Source of the DNA: an uncultured Gemmataceae bacterium
GTDB lineage: Bacteria; Planctomycetota; Planctomycetia; Gemmatales; Gemmataceae
Assembly: GCA_963750165.1 (NCBI GenBank)
Contig: CAVVPN010000012.1
Location: forward strand, 928,001 to 992,000
Direction of reading: 5' to 3'
DNA: 64,000 bases
The notes under the pieces are model-generated. The model was given only the letters and a program-made list of their open reading frames with translations. It had not been told where the DNA came from and did no database searches. Positions 26,911-37,761 of the stretch are shown piece after piece (the first letter of the stretch is position 1; each line of letters begins with the position of its first letter). The position numbers and the translations under genes are program-made.

Positions 26911-29327
26911 CCAATCAAACCCCCGCGTGCGAACCCGCTTCGAGCTCCGAGGCCGGCCTGGCGCCCCGGCCGAGCGCTCCAGCCGCCGCGGCTGGCGTCC
27001 GTTGGGCTCGAAGAAGTCCGGGTCCGCCGTGAGCAGCAATCCCTCCACGTCCAGGAACTCCGTCACGCGCCCCTGAATGACCGCCGAGAACAGCACGCCG
27101 GGCCGGTTGGTGCGCGAGCGGATCGTGATCGCCTCCTCCACGATGTCAAGAATGCGGCCGACCACCAGGCCGACCTGCTGCCCCTCACCGGCGAAGACCA
27201 CCACCTGCACGGTGTCGCGGTGCTCGGCCGCCTCGGGCGGGGGGACGTCCGCCAGCCGGCGCGCGCTGCGCGGCAAACCGCGACCACCCTCCTGACGGCG
27301 CTTCTTCCGCAGCAACCGCGACACATGGAACAGTGGCAAAATCTCGTCCCGATACTGTACCACGTCCTGCGTGCCAACGCGCTCCAGGGCCGTGCGCGGG
27401 AACTCCTCCAGACGTGACACCTGCGACAGCGGAATGGCCATGCGGCTGCCGTCCTCAATGACGAACAGCAGCACCGTTTGCGTGTCCGCGGTCCGGCCCG
27501 GGGCGGCGGGGGCCTTCTCGGTCAGGGCGCTGTGCCGCATACCGGACAGGACGTTCGACTTCTGGGCCAGGCCCATGATGTCCAGGATCAGCGCCACCTT
27601 GCCGTCGCCCATGATGGTCGCGCCCGAGAACGCGGTGATGCCCTTGAGTTGCTTTTGCAACGGCTTGACGACGATCTCCTCGGTGTCGTGGATGGCGTCC
27701 ACCATCAGGCCGAACTGCCGGTCCTCCGCCTGCAGCACGACGATGTTGACCTCACCGGGCGGCGGTGTGGCGGCCTCGGTCAGGCCCAGTTCGCGGTTGA
27801 GGTAGACCAGCGGCAGCAGGTTGCCACGCAGCCGGTAGACCGGCGCTCCGTGAATGCGCTCGATGCCGCGCTGGGCCTGGTCGCCTTCGAGACGCACCAG
27901 CTCCAGCAGGCTCACCTGCGGGATGGCGTAGCGGTCGCCGCCGGTGGTGATGGTCAACGCCGGGATGATGGCCAGCGTCAGTGGGATTTTCATCTGCACG
28001 GTGGTGCCGCGGCCCAGGTGGCTCTCGATGCTGACAGTGCCGCCGGTCTTCTCGACGTTGGTGCGCACCACGTCCATACCGACGCCGCGGCCCGAGAACT
28101 GCGTGATGCGGTCCACGGTCGAGAAGCCGGGCAGGAATATCAGGTTGACCAGCTCGCCATCGGTCAGACGGTCGGCCTGATCGGGCGTGATGAGCTTGGC
28201 GTGGATGGCCTTTTCGCGGACGCGCAGCGGGTCGATCCCGGCGCCGTCGTCGGTGATCTCCAGGATCACCTTGCCGCCCTCGTGAAAGGCGTGCAGCGAC
28301 AGCCGGCCCTGCGCCGGCTTGCCCAGGGCCACGCGCCGGGCTGGCGGCTCAATGCCGTGGTCCACGGCGTTGCGCACCAGATGCGTCAGCGGGTCGCGCA
28401 CGGCCTCCAGGATGGTCTTGTCCAGTTCGGTGTCCTGGCCCTCCATTTCGACGCGCACCTGCTTGCCGCAGGCCACCGCCAGATCGCGGACCACGCGCGG
28501 GAACTTGCTCCAGATGTTGTTGATCGGCTGCATGCGCGTCTTCATGACGTTGGCTTGCAGTTCGGTCGTCAACAGGTTGAGCCGCTTGACCGTGCCCAGG
28601 AAGGAGGCGTCCTCGGAGGAAATGCTGAACTGCATGATCTGGTTGCGCGCCAGCACCAGTTCGCCGACGAGGGTCATGAGCTTGTCGAGCAGCAGCACGT
28701 CCACGCGGATGGCGCTGTCGGAGACGACGGGGCGCGCGGCTCGGCGCCTTCGAGGGTCGGCAGCTCGCCGGGGGCGAACATCACGCTCGGCGGTGAGACC
28801 ACGATCGGCGGCGGTGGCGCCGCAGCGGCGGGCGGGCGCGGGGCGGCCGGCCCGCGCGTCGGAGCCGGCGGCGGTGGGGGAGGCGGTGCGACGGCCACCG
28901 GCGCATCGTCATCCTCGCCGTTCGCCTCCACGTCGGCCAGCGGCCTGGCCTTGACCTCTTGCAGCGCTTCCAGGGCCTGGATCAGCTCGGAGAAGTCGGC
29001 CTCGCCCTCCTCGCCGGACACTTCCAGGGCCGTGAGCATGCGCCGCAGGGCGTCCACCACGGCCAGCAGGACGTTGGCGGTGTCGGCGTCGAAGACGAGA
29101 ACGCCATCGCGGAGGCGGCTGAACACCTGCTCGGCGGCGTGCGAGAGCGCTTGCAGCTGCTGCAGGCCGAGGAAGCCAGCGGTGCCCTTGATGGTGTGCA
29201 GGGTGCGGAAGGCCCGGGCCAGGGTCTCGCGCTCGGTCGGGTGCTTCTCCAGGGCGACCAGGTCGAGATCCAGCTGGGCCAGGTTTTCGTTCGTCTCCAG
29301 CAAGAAATCGCGCAGGATTTCGTTCAT
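26884..29327 (-). CDS. cheA: Chemotaxis histidine kinase with two CheW domains, frameshift near 28740
   Basis: HPT HTIKG; VRNAVDHG, DDGAG, SGRGVGMDVV; two C-terminal CheW-like domains. Confidence 0.93.
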
Positions 29328-29409
29328 GGACGTCTCACAGGTTGACTGAACCAGGCCGAGTAACTTCACCCCGTTGTGGCCCGGTCGGGAGACCGGGTCA
29401 CAACCTGGG

Positions 29410-30975
29410 TCACGCCAGCCGCGTCCGGCCCGCGACCAGGCACAGCGCCTCGACCAGTTCCTTTGGCGAAAACGGCTTGCGCAGCAGGATCGACTGAGCG
29501 CACATGGTGAATTGTTTGGTCTCGGCCCCCTGCGCCTCGCTGGAAATGAGCACGAAGCCGGGGGCGGGGTCGCGGTCGGCGCGGACCTGCTGGGCCAGCA
29601 ATACGCCGCTCATGTCTGCCAGGTGCAGAGCGCTGACAACCACGTCAGGCAGGTCGGCGGCCACCGCCCGCAGCGCCTCCGCCGCGGACTGCACGGCCAC
29701 GACCTGGCGAACATCATTCTCCTGCAAATATTTCTGGATGATGGCCGACTGGGTGCGCGACGGCTCGACCAGGAGCAGCTTCAGCGTCGGCAGGCGGCTG
29801 CGGTCGAACAGCGGCGGCTCGTCGGAATAAGCCGCCGGGGGCGTGTCGGCGCTGGTCTTGCCCGCGGGCGGCGGCACGGTCGAGGGCCGGTTGCCGTCCG
29901 CCTTCCCCGCCGCTGCCGCCGGCGCCGCGGTGGCGCCGGCGGCGCTCAAGCCCAGCGCCTCCAGGTCGCGCACGACCTCGGCCATCGACTGATAGCGGGC
30001 CTCGGGGGTCTTGGCCATCATGCGGCGGAACACCTCTTCCAGCGCGGCGGGCACATCGGGCCGGTCGGCGGTCAGCGCCGGGATCGGTAATTCGCGGTGC
30101 TTGATGAGCGTGTCCATCGGCGTCTGGCCGACGTAGGGAGCGTGGCCGGTCAGCAGGAAGTACAGGGTGGCGCCCAGGCTGTAAATGTCGCCGCGCTGAT
30201 CGGTGGCGGCCGGGTCCATCGCCTGCTCCGGCGACATGTAATCCACGGTGCCGAGGATGCCGCCGGCCTGCGTCAGACCGTTGGCCGCGGCGCCTGCGGG
30301 GCCGGTCAACCGGGTCAGGCCGAGGTCCAGCAGCTTGACGGTGCCGCTGGCGTCGCGCAGCAGATTGGCCGGCTTGATGTCGCGGTGGATCATCCGCTGG
30401 CGGTGAACGTAATCCAATCCGCGGGCCGCTTGCAGGATGCACTGCACCGCCTCGGCCACCGGCAGCGGTCCCTGTTTCTGCACCACGCCGGAGAGATCCT
30501 GGCCGTTGACGTACTCCATCACCAGGAAGTGGCCGGCCCTGGCCTCATCGGCGTCGAAGGCCATGACGATATTGGGGTGGCTCAGCTGGGCAATGGCCTC
30601 CACCTCACGCTGGAAGCGCTGGACAAACGTCTTGTCCTTGCACAGATTGCGGGTCAGGACTTTCAGGGCGACCACGCGCTTCATGCGGCGGTGCCGGGCC
30701 TTGTAGACGGCGCCCATGCCGCCGGCGCCGATTTTGTCGAGGATAACGTAGTTGCCGATGTGCAACTTCTCGTAGCGTTTGTTGAGCACGGCGTCGAGCT
30801 GAAACGGCGTCAACGTGCCCTGCTCGACCAGGGCCTGGGCCAGGGTGGTGCCGTCGGCGCCCGGGCACAGGGACTCGGCGTGCTCCAATTCCTCCGCGGA
30901 AAGGATTTTGCTTTCCTTGAGGCTGTCGAGCAGCTCCTGTCGGCCCAGGCCCGCTTGTATTTGCGCTTGCTTCAT
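29410..30975 (-). CDS. Hanks-type Ser/Thr kinase with C-terminal atypical receiver domain
   Basis: GAGGMG, VALK, HRDIKPAN, DLGL, YMSPEQ; C-terminal LLVEPS...VVSALHL...KPF. Confidence 0.88.
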   Translation of the reverse strand: MKQAQIQAGLGRQELLDSLKESKILSAEELEHAESLCPGADGTTLAQALVEQGTLTPFQLDAVLNKRYEKLHIGNYVILDKIGAGGMGAVYKARHRRMKRVVALKVLTRNLCKDKTFVQRFQREVEAIAQLSHPNIVMAFDADEARAGHFLVMEYVNGQDLSGVVQKQGPLPVAEAVQCILQAARGLDYVHRQRMIHRDIKPANLLRDASGTVKLLDLGLTRLTGPAGAAANGLTQAGGILGTVDYMSPEQAMDPAATDQRGDIYSLGATLYFLLTGHAPYVGQTPMDTLIKHRELPIPALTADRPDVPAALEEVFRRMMAKTPEARYQSMAEVVRDLEALGLSAAGATAAPAAAAGKADGNRPSTVPPPAGKTSADTPPAAYSDEPPLFDRSRLPTLKLLLVEPSRTQSAIIQKYLQENDVRQVVAVQSAAEALRAVAADLPDVVVSALHLADMSGVLLAQQVRADRDPAPGFVLISSEAQGAETKQFTMCAQSILLRKPFSPKELVEALCLVAGRTRLA

Positions 30976-31482
30976 GGATGACTTGTTGGGTTGCTGGGCT
31001 TTCAGGGCCCGCGGTTCGTGAACCGCAGGGAGTTGCCGTTCCGTTGCCAGACAACCTGTCTGCCGCAAACGGATGTTATTATAACTGACTGCCCCTGCCA
31101 ATCTACCAAATCTCGGATTTTCCGGCGGGATTTTGCGCAAGCCGGGGTGCCGCGTCGGCACAGGCGGGATTTGCCGCCGGGTGGACTGCGGTCGGTGCGG
31201 GATGGGCACGGACGGCCTGCCAGAGTGGCTCTGGGAGTCGTTGGCTGGCCGCGGCTGTCAGAGCAAGGGGGCCAAGACTGCCAAGGGGGCCAACTTTTTC
31301 ACACGTCGAGATCCGGGTCAAGAAAGGATCTGCTGCTACTTTTTCTGCTTTCCGCCCCACTTTTTGCCGAGCAGTGTCCTGGTTCGCCAGAGGGTGATCG
31401 TACCAATGCCCACTCCCTGGCACAGGACAGGTCGGATACATTATTTCTCAGCCATCATCGACCCCGCCACGGAGGAGCCGCC

Positions 31483-32658
31483 GTGACCGTCTCGCCGGAA
31501 ACCCGCGCCCTGCTGGCCCTGAACCTGGCGCCCGACCTTGGGCCGCTGCGCACCGCCGCGCTGATCGAGCGCTTCGGCTCCGCGGCGGCGGTGCTGCAGG
31601 CGTCGGCGGCCCAACTTGGTCAGGTCGATCACATCAGCGGCCGCCTCGCGGGGAAGCTCAGCGCCGCCCTGCGCGACATCAACGTGGACGAGGAGGTGGC
31701 ACTGCTGGCCGCCCATCAGACGCACCTGCGCGTCCTCGGCGGCCTGGATTACCCGCCGGCTCTGGCGACCATCGCCGCGGCGCCGCACCTGCTCTATGTC
31801 CGCGGCACCATCGAGCCGCGCGACGCCAACGCGGTGGCCCTGGTCGGTTCGCGCGACTGCACGACCTACGGCAAGCGCGTCGCCGAGCAACTGGCGGGCG
31901 ACCTGGCCCGGGCGGGCTTCACGGTGATTTCGGGGCTGGCTCGTGGCATCGACGCCTCAGCACACCGCGGAGCGCTGGAGGCCGGCGGCAGGACGCTGGC
32001 GGTGCTGGCGAACGGCCTGGCGAAGATTTATCCGCCGGAGCACAGGCAGCTGGCGCAGGAGGTCGCAGCCGCCGGGGCGCTGCTGAGCGAGGCGCCCATG
32101 CAGCAATCGCCGCTGCCGGGCATGTTTCCGGCGCGCAACCGGCTCATCTCCGGGCTGTCGCGGGCGGTGGTCATTGTCGAGGCGAACGAGAAGAGCGGAG
32201 CGCTGATCACCGCCGAGCACGCCGCGGAGCAGGGCCGGCCGGTGTTCGCGGTGCCGGGGCCGATCGACAGCCCCGCCAGCGCCGGCACGCACGCGCTCAT
32301 CCGCACCGGGGCCGTGCTGTGCCGCGGTGTGGCCGACATTCTCGAAGAACTGGCGAACCTGCCGCCGCCAGCGCCCGAGCCGCTGACCTGGCTGCCGGGC
32401 CTGCCGCCGTTGGCCGCGGTTGCCCCCGCCGCAGTGGCCGCGCCGATTCCTGCGCCGGTGCCTGCTGGGCCGCCGCCGGACCTCAGCGACGAGCAGCGGC
32501 GCGTGTGGGACTTCCTGGCGGAACAGCCGCGACATGTCGATGAGATGGCGCAACAGCTGGGGCTGGGCGTGCCGCAGCTCAGCGGCGTGCTGATGATGTT
32601 GGAGATGAAACGCGTGGTGCGGCGACTGGTGGGCAACCGTTACGAGCGCTGCGGCTGA
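31483..32658 (+). CDS. dprA: DNA-processing protein DprA
   Basis: VGSR, ISGLARGIDASAH, FPARNRLISGLS, SGALITA; GTG after GGAGGA. Confidence 0.95.
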   Translation: MTVSPETRALLALNLAPDLGPLRTAALIERFGSAAAVLQASAAQLGQVDHISGRLAGKLSAALRDINVDEEVALLAAHQTHLRVLGGLDYPPALATIAAAPHLLYVRGTIEPRDANAVALVGSRDCTTYGKRVAEQLAGDLARAGFTVISGLARGIDASAHRGALEAGGRTLAVLANGLAKIYPPEHRQLAQEVAAAGALLSEAPMQQSPLPGMFPARNRLISGLSRAVVIVEANEKSGALITAEHAAEQGRPVFAVPGPIDSPASAGTHALIRTGAVLCRGVADILEELANLPPPAPEPLTWLPGLPPLAAVAPAAVAAPIPAPVPAGPPPDLSDEQRRVWDFLAEQPRHVDEMAQQLGLGVPQLSGVLMMLEMKRVVRRLVGNRYERCG

Positions 32659-32665
32659 CCCCAGC

Positions 32666-32715
32666 TGACCCCGTTTACGTTTCGCGCAGGTAAAGTCCGC
32701 GCGAAATGTAAACGG
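32666..32715. repeat. REP-like palindrome, CCGTTTACGTTTCGCG family
   Basis: Second copy at 41432-41482; both lie between convergent genes. Confidence 0.85.
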
Positions 32716-32737
32716 AGTTCCGTGTTGGCCAGTGACA

Positions 32738-33406
32738 TTATAAATCCGGCCGCGGCCTGCCCGCCCCCTGCTGCTTCAGCAGCTTGACGCGCTCAAGCAA
32801 CTCGGGGTCGTGCGGCGTCACCCGCAACGCCTGCTCGTACAGCGCCAGCGCTCGTTCGGGATGCTCCAGCTGCTCGTACAGCAGACCCAGCTCCGTCAGG
32901 GCCATGACGTTGTGCGGGTCGAAGTGCAGCGCCCGTTGCAGCCGGCCCTTGGCCTCTTCATATTGCTGATCCAACCGCAGCCGCCAACCGTCCAGCGCGT
33001 ACGCCGACGCCAGTTCCGGCTCGCGCGCCAGCCAGTCCTCGACGAACTCCGCCGCCTTCTGGGTGCGGTCGGTCTTGCGCCACAGCAGCGCCAGCGCCTG
33101 CCGGCACGCGGCGTGCTTCGCGTTCTGGGCCAGGCACTTCTGGTAGTAGTCCTCCGCCTTGGTGCCGTCGTTCAGGCGGTCGTAACACTGGCCGACGTTG
33201 AAGAGCAGGTTGGCGTCGTTGGGATTCGCCTTGAGGGCAAACTCAAAGTCCTCGCGGGCCTCGCGGTACTGGCCGCGCTGGAACAGACTGACGCCATCCG
33301 CGGCAATGTCACGCAGGCGCTCCTGCTCCAGCGTCGGGCCGCAACCGCCCAGCGCCAGCAGTCCGGCGACGCACAGCGCCCAGTTTCGCCCGCTCCTCAT
33401 CGGCAT
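32738..33406 (-). CDS. TPR lipoprotein
   Basis: Lipobox-like LALGGC; TPR helices; GGAG RBS. Confidence 0.8.
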   Translation of the reverse strand: MPMRSGRNWALCVAGLLALGGCGPTLEQERLRDIAADGVSLFQRGQYREAREDFEFALKANPNDANLLFNVGQCYDRLNDGTKAEDYYQKCLAQNAKHAACRQALALLWRKTDRTQKAAEFVEDWLAREPELASAYALDGWRLRLDQQYEEAKGRLQRALHFDPHNVMALTELGLLYEQLEHPERALALYEQALRVTPHDPELLERVKLLKQQGAGRPRPDL

Positions 33407-33550
33407 GGTCAGTCTCCTCCCGAACACTTCCCATACCACGGTGGCGGAAAAAGGGAAGACGAACCTGGCGCGGCGACAGGCATTGACGGCCCCGGCGAAT
33501 CCGTCATAACGTAGCCCTGAGCGCCCGGCCGCAACCCGTACAGGACTGTC

Positions 33551-34687
33551 ATGGTCGATCCGGTTCGTCAGGAAGTGATCGCCCTGGCCCACACCGTCGT
33601 CGTCAAGGTCGGCACCAATGTGCTGACCGGCGCCGACGGCACGCTCAACCCGGAACGCCTGCAGGCCCTCGCCGATCAGGTGCAGCGCCTCCGCCAGACG
33701 GGCCGCAAGGTCGCCCTGGTCAGTTCCGGGGCCATCGGTGCCGGCGTCGGCCAACTCCGCCTCGGCCAGCGCCCCCGGGACCTCCGCCACCTGCAGGCCT
33801 GCGCTGCCGTCGGCCAGGGCCTGCTCATGCGCGCGTACCAGGAATACCTCGGCCGCCAGGGCGTGGACACGGCACAAATCCTGCTGACCGCCGGCGACTT
33901 CGACAGCCGTACACGCTACCTGAACGTTCGCAACACCATCCTGACGCTGTTCGAGTGGGGTGTGCTGCCGATCATCAACGAGAACGACACGGTCAGTGTT
34001 GCGGAGATCAAGTTCGGCGACAACGACCATTTGGCCGCGATGGTGTGCAACCTGCTGCAGGCGCCGCTGCTGGTGCTGCTGACCAACGTCGATGGGCTGT
34101 ACGCCAGCGACCCGGCCACCCACCCCGGCGCCGAACTGGTCGCGACGGTGCCGGAGATCGACGGCCGCGTTATGGACATGGCCGGCGGCAGCAAGAGCAT
34201 GCTCGGCACCGGTGGCATGCGCAGCAAGATCCGCGCCGCCCGGTTGGCGACCGCGGCCGGCGAGTCGGTCATCATGGCCAATGGCAGTCGTCCCGGCGTG
34301 CTCGACGAGATTTTCACGGCGGCGGCGGTGGGCACGCTGTTCCTGCCGCACGGCTCGACGGTGCCGGCGTGGAAGCGCTGGCTGGGTTTCACGGCCCAGC
34401 CGCGCGGCCGACTGGTCGTGGACGCCGGGGCCCGGCAGGCGGTGCAACATCAGGGCCGTAGCCTGCTGCCGATTGGCGTGCTGCAGGTGCTCGGCCAGTT
34501 CGACAAGGGCGACGTGGTGGCGCTGTGCGACCGCGACGGCACCGAGTTCGCCCGCGGCCTGACGAACTACCCGGCCGGCGACGCGGGCAAGATCATCGGG
34601 CTGCGCACGGAGCAAATCGGCGAATTGCTGGGCGCGGTGCCTTACGAAGAAGTGGTGCATCGTGATAATCTGGTGGTGATCGTGTGA
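33551..34687 (+). CDS. proB: Glutamate 5-kinase
   Basis: VVKVGT, NENDTV, FGDNDHL, GTGGMRSK, PUA domain. Confidence 0.96.
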   Translation: MVDPVRQEVIALAHTVVVKVGTNVLTGADGTLNPERLQALADQVQRLRQTGRKVALVSSGAIGAGVGQLRLGQRPRDLRHLQACAAVGQGLLMRAYQEYLGRQGVDTAQILLTAGDFDSRTRYLNVRNTILTLFEWGVLPIINENDTVSVAEIKFGDNDHLAAMVCNLLQAPLLVLLTNVDGLYASDPATHPGAELVATVPEIDGRVMDMAGGSKSMLGTGGMRSKIRAARLATAAGESVIMANGSRPGVLDEIFTAAAVGTLFLPHGSTVPAWKRWLGFTAQPRGRLVVDAGARQAVQHQGRSLLPIGVLQVLGQFDKGDVVALCDRDGTEFARGLTNYPAGDAGKIIGLRTEQIGELLGAVPYEEVVHRDNLVVIV

Positions 34688-34886
34688 AGGCGTTGGGGAA
34701 ATGCACAACCGCTGTTGTGGCCTGGTCTCCGGACCAGGCCACGGGCTGGACCGAAGGTCTCCTCCGGGTCGAAGCAGGGGAGACCTTCGGTCGGGCCGGG
34801 TGGCACGGTCCGGAGACCGTGCCACAACGGGGTGGTGCATCGTGATAATCTGGTGGTAGCGGTGTGAAGGCGGCGGGGAAATGCAC
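34652..34886. repeat. 55-bp direct duplication flanking a composite REP-like palindrome
   Basis: 34652-34706 vs 34832-34886, 6 mismatches; three hairpins between them. Confidence 0.9.
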
Positions 34887-34988
34887 GGAATTGGCCCGAC
34901 AGCGTTAGGGAACGCTCGCCCACTCGTCTGTGGAGTGGGGACATCAGCCCCCCGGGCTCCGGTCCTCGGGGTGGCGGCGGATGACACC

Positions 34989-35537
34989 ATGAAAGCGCGT
35001 TCGCGATCGACGGAGCCGCAGCGGGCGGAGTTCGAGGCGCTGTACCAGCGGCACAGCCGCGAGGTCTGGGCGCTGGCGTACGCCCGTTGGCTGAACGCGG
35101 ACCTGGCCCAGGACATCATGCAGGAGGCATTTCTGCGGCTGTGGCGGCAGTGGCAGGAGGGGGGCGAGAGCATCTTGAACCCCCGGGCCTGGCTGCTCCG
35201 GGTGGCGCGCAACCTGGCGGAGGACCACGCCAAGAGCGCCTTTCGCCGCAACGGCACCCACCCGCCGCAGACCATGAACGGCGTGCGCTCGCACGAGCCG
35301 CTGCCGCTCGAAGCGCTGGAACGAGAAGAAACCTTTGCGCAGCTGCGCGGCGTTCTGGAAGAACTCGCGCAACCGGATCGGGAAATTCTGACGCTGCGCT
35401 ACGGTCTGGACTATAATGCCAATGAAATCGCCGACTTGCTCGGGATCAACGCGACCGCCGTCCACATGCGCCTCAGTCGGGCGCGGCAACGGTTGGCGGA
35501 ACGCTTGACCGCGCAGGGCGTACATTATCAACCATGA
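34989..35537 (+). CDS. ECF sigma factor
   Basis: AQDIMQEAFLRLW, AWLLRVARN, EIADLLG, RLSRAR. Confidence 0.9.
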   Translation: MKARSRSTEPQRAEFEALYQRHSREVWALAYARWLNADLAQDIMQEAFLRLWRQWQEGGESILNPRAWLLRVARNLAEDHAKSAFRRNGTHPPQTMNGVRSHEPLPLEALEREETFAQLRGVLEELAQPDREILTLRYGLDYNANEIADLLGINATAVHMRLSRARQRLAERLTAQGVHYQP

Positions 35538-36025
35538 GGTCTACGATGCCGACAGGCGCTGCGCTCCCCCGCATGCACCGCCCCGCTGATGAGCTGGACG
35601 GGCTGCTTCGCGCGTACTTCCGCGCGGAACTGCCCCACCCGTGGCCCGCTGCCCCGGGCACCGCGTCGTCGCGCCGCGGCGTGACGCCGGCCTGGCAGCG
35701 CTGGCACCGCCACCTGGCGCTGGCCGCTGCCGTGTCGTTTTTTCTGGCCGGCTCGTTCCTGTTGACGCGCGGCTTTCCCGAGGTTAAACCAGGTGCCGCC
35801 CCGACCCTGTCTCCGGGGAAAGAAATTGGCAAGCAGCTGGAGCGACCCGCCAGCATCGACCGGGAAAAGACGCGCGAGCAACTGCCGGCCCACCAGGCGG
35901 ATCCGCCCCTGCTCAAGATTCTCTCCCTAGACGAGACCCCGTCCAAGAGCGGCCGACCCATTGGGTCGTACGGTGTTGAAACCAAGGGCGGCGTGCAAGT
36001 CATCATCACTAAACAATTGCCGTGA
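35534..36025 (+). CDS. Putative single-TM anti-sigma factor
   Basis: ATGA-coupled to the ECF gene; one TM segment. Confidence 0.55.
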   Translation: MRSTMPTGAALPRMHRPADELDGLLRAYFRAELPHPWPAAPGTASSRRGVTPAWQRWHRHLALAAAVSFFLAGSFLLTRGFPEVKPGAAPTLSPGKEIGKQLERPASIDREKTREQLPAHQADPPLLKILSLDETPSKSGRPIGSYGVETKGGVQVIITKQLP

Positions 36026-36061
36026 ACCTGGCGCCCGCCGGGCCGGCCAGGGAGTGGTCCG

Positions 36062-36757
36062 ATGAAATGGGGCGTGTTGGTCTTGACGTTGGCGTGGTCT
36101 CTGCTCGCCGTGCCGGCTCAGGGCCAGGTCAAGGTTGCGCAGCCAACCCCGGTGGATCCTGTCACGGAAATCGCCGCCCTCGGCCTGACGGTGGTGCCGG
36201 TGCCCGGGGTGCTGTACGAGCAACTCCAGTCCGCCCACCTGAAACCGGGGATGGGCGTCGTCATCGACCAGGTGTTGCCCCGGTCTGCCGCCGCACAGGT
36301 CGGCCTGAAGCGCTACGACATTCTCCTCTCCTTCCAAAAAACCCCCGTCCGCGACACGGCCCACTTCGCCCAATTGTTGCGGGCCGCGCCCCCGGATCGC
36401 AAGGCCCCCCTGTTGGTCTTGCGCGGCGGCAAGGAAGTGGCCCTGGAGGCGGGGTTGTCCACCAAACTGCTGGCGGTCGCGGACCCGACCGAACCGCCCA
36501 GGGGGCTCATCAAGCCCGACGGACCGCCAGCGGTCCACGTCGTCGCCAAGCCGCTCGAGGGTGGTAAGATGAACATCACGTTCACCTACTACTCCGAGGG
36601 CAAGGGGCGGTTGGAACGGCTGACCTGCTCCGGTTCGCTGGATCAGATTCAGGAACAGGTGCGAACCGCCAGCACGAACAAGCAAATGCCAGCCCCCGTG
36701 CGCGAACTCGTGGACGCCACCCTGAAGCGCATCCGCACACTCAATGCGCAACCCTGA
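36062..36757 (+). CDS. Secreted PDZ-domain protein
   Basis: Signal peptide; GVVIDQVLPRSAAAQVGLKRYDILL. Confidence 0.8.
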   Translation: MKWGVLVLTLAWSLLAVPAQGQVKVAQPTPVDPVTEIAALGLTVVPVPGVLYEQLQSAHLKPGMGVVIDQVLPRSAAAQVGLKRYDILLSFQKTPVRDTAHFAQLLRAAPPDRKAPLLVLRGGKEVALEAGLSTKLLAVADPTEPPRGLIKPDGPPAVHVVAKPLEGGKMNITFTYYSEGKGRLERLTCSGSLDQIQEQVRTASTNKQMPAPVRELVDATLKRIRTLNAQP

Positions 36758-36866
36758 AGCCGCTGCGCAGCGACGGCCCGCCTTTCTTTTTTCCCTTCCG
36801 CCTGGGTATAGTGGGGGTGTGAATGTTGGTGCGCCTTGCTTTGCCACCTTCCCATGAGTTCTGGTC

Positions 36867-37649
36867 ATGAATACGCATACCTTAACGCCCCCTCGGGCAG
36901 TCGTGTATCCCGAAGACGACGGAAACCCCTTGGCCGAGAACACCCTGCAATATGAGTACATCGCCACCACCCGAGTGGGTCTGGACGATGTGTTCGCCGA
37001 CGACCCGAACGTGTTCGTCGCGGCCGACCTGTTGTGGTATCCGGTCGAGGGCGACAACACCATCCGCCAGGCGCCAGACGTGATGGTGGCCTTCGGCCGA
37101 CCCAGGGGGTTTCGCGGCTCTTACCGCCAGTGGGAGGAGGACGGCATCGCGCCGCAGGTGGTGTTTGAGATCCTGTCGCCCAGCAACCGCGGCGGCGAAA
37201 TGGCTCGCAAGGCGTTGTTCTACCAGCGGTACGGCGTCGAGGAGTATTATGTGTACGACCCCGACGACGGCCGGTTGCAGGGTTGGGAACGGCAGGACGG
37301 CCAGTTCCGGGAGATCGCGCAGATGCAGGGCTGGGTGAGTCCGCGCCTCAAGGTGCGCTTCACCACCGTCGGGACCGACCTGCAATTGTTCATGCCGGAC
37401 GGCCGCCGCTTCGCCACCTACGAGGAACTGGTGCATCAGGGCCGGCAACTGGTGATCGCAAAGCACCAAGCCGAGCAGGAAAAACAACGCGCCGAACAGG
37501 AAAAACAACGCGCCGAACAGGAAAAACAACGCGCCGAACAGGCCGAGCAACGGGCCGAGGAGCAGAAACGCCGCGCGGAGGAGGCCCAAACTGAGCTGGA
37601 GCGACTGCGAGCGGAACTGAAGAAGCGCAACGAATCGCCACCCGGTTAG
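36867..37649 (+). CDS. Uma2-family endonuclease-like protein
   Basis: YPEDDG, APDVMV, FEILSPSN, YGVEEYY; 21-bp repeats encoding AEQEKQR. Confidence 0.9.
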   Translation: MNTHTLTPPRAVVYPEDDGNPLAENTLQYEYIATTRVGLDDVFADDPNVFVAADLLWYPVEGDNTIRQAPDVMVAFGRPRGFRGSYRQWEEDGIAPQVVFEILSPSNRGGEMARKALFYQRYGVEEYYVYDPDDGRLQGWERQDGQFREIAQMQGWVSPRLKVRFTTVGTDLQLFMPDGRRFATYEELVHQGRQLVIAKHQAEQEKQRAEQEKQRAEQEKQRAEQAEQRAEEQKRRAEEAQTELERLRAELKKRNESPPG

Positions 37650-37761
37650 TGCTGGACTTGGCCCACGAAAAGCCGTACAGTATCCGTAGAGAATATCATC
37701 AGACAAGTGGACGACATTCGTTTTGGAGGTTTGTTTGACAGTCGCATTGCTTGAGAAACCC

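Noticed and set aside
31261..31298. CAAGGGGGCCAA direct repeat upstream of dprA
   Set aside because: Only two short copies; no function can be supported
32738..35275. Very long ORF-track entries (845 aa here, 1037 aa at 42566-45679, 861 aa at 59498-62083 and similar)
   Set aside because: High-GC shadow frames or over-extended starts overlapping recognisable genes
37470..37560. 21-bp tandem repeats (and 42-bp repeats near 55080-55180) as arrays
   Set aside because: In-frame coiled-coil coding repeats of Uma2 tails
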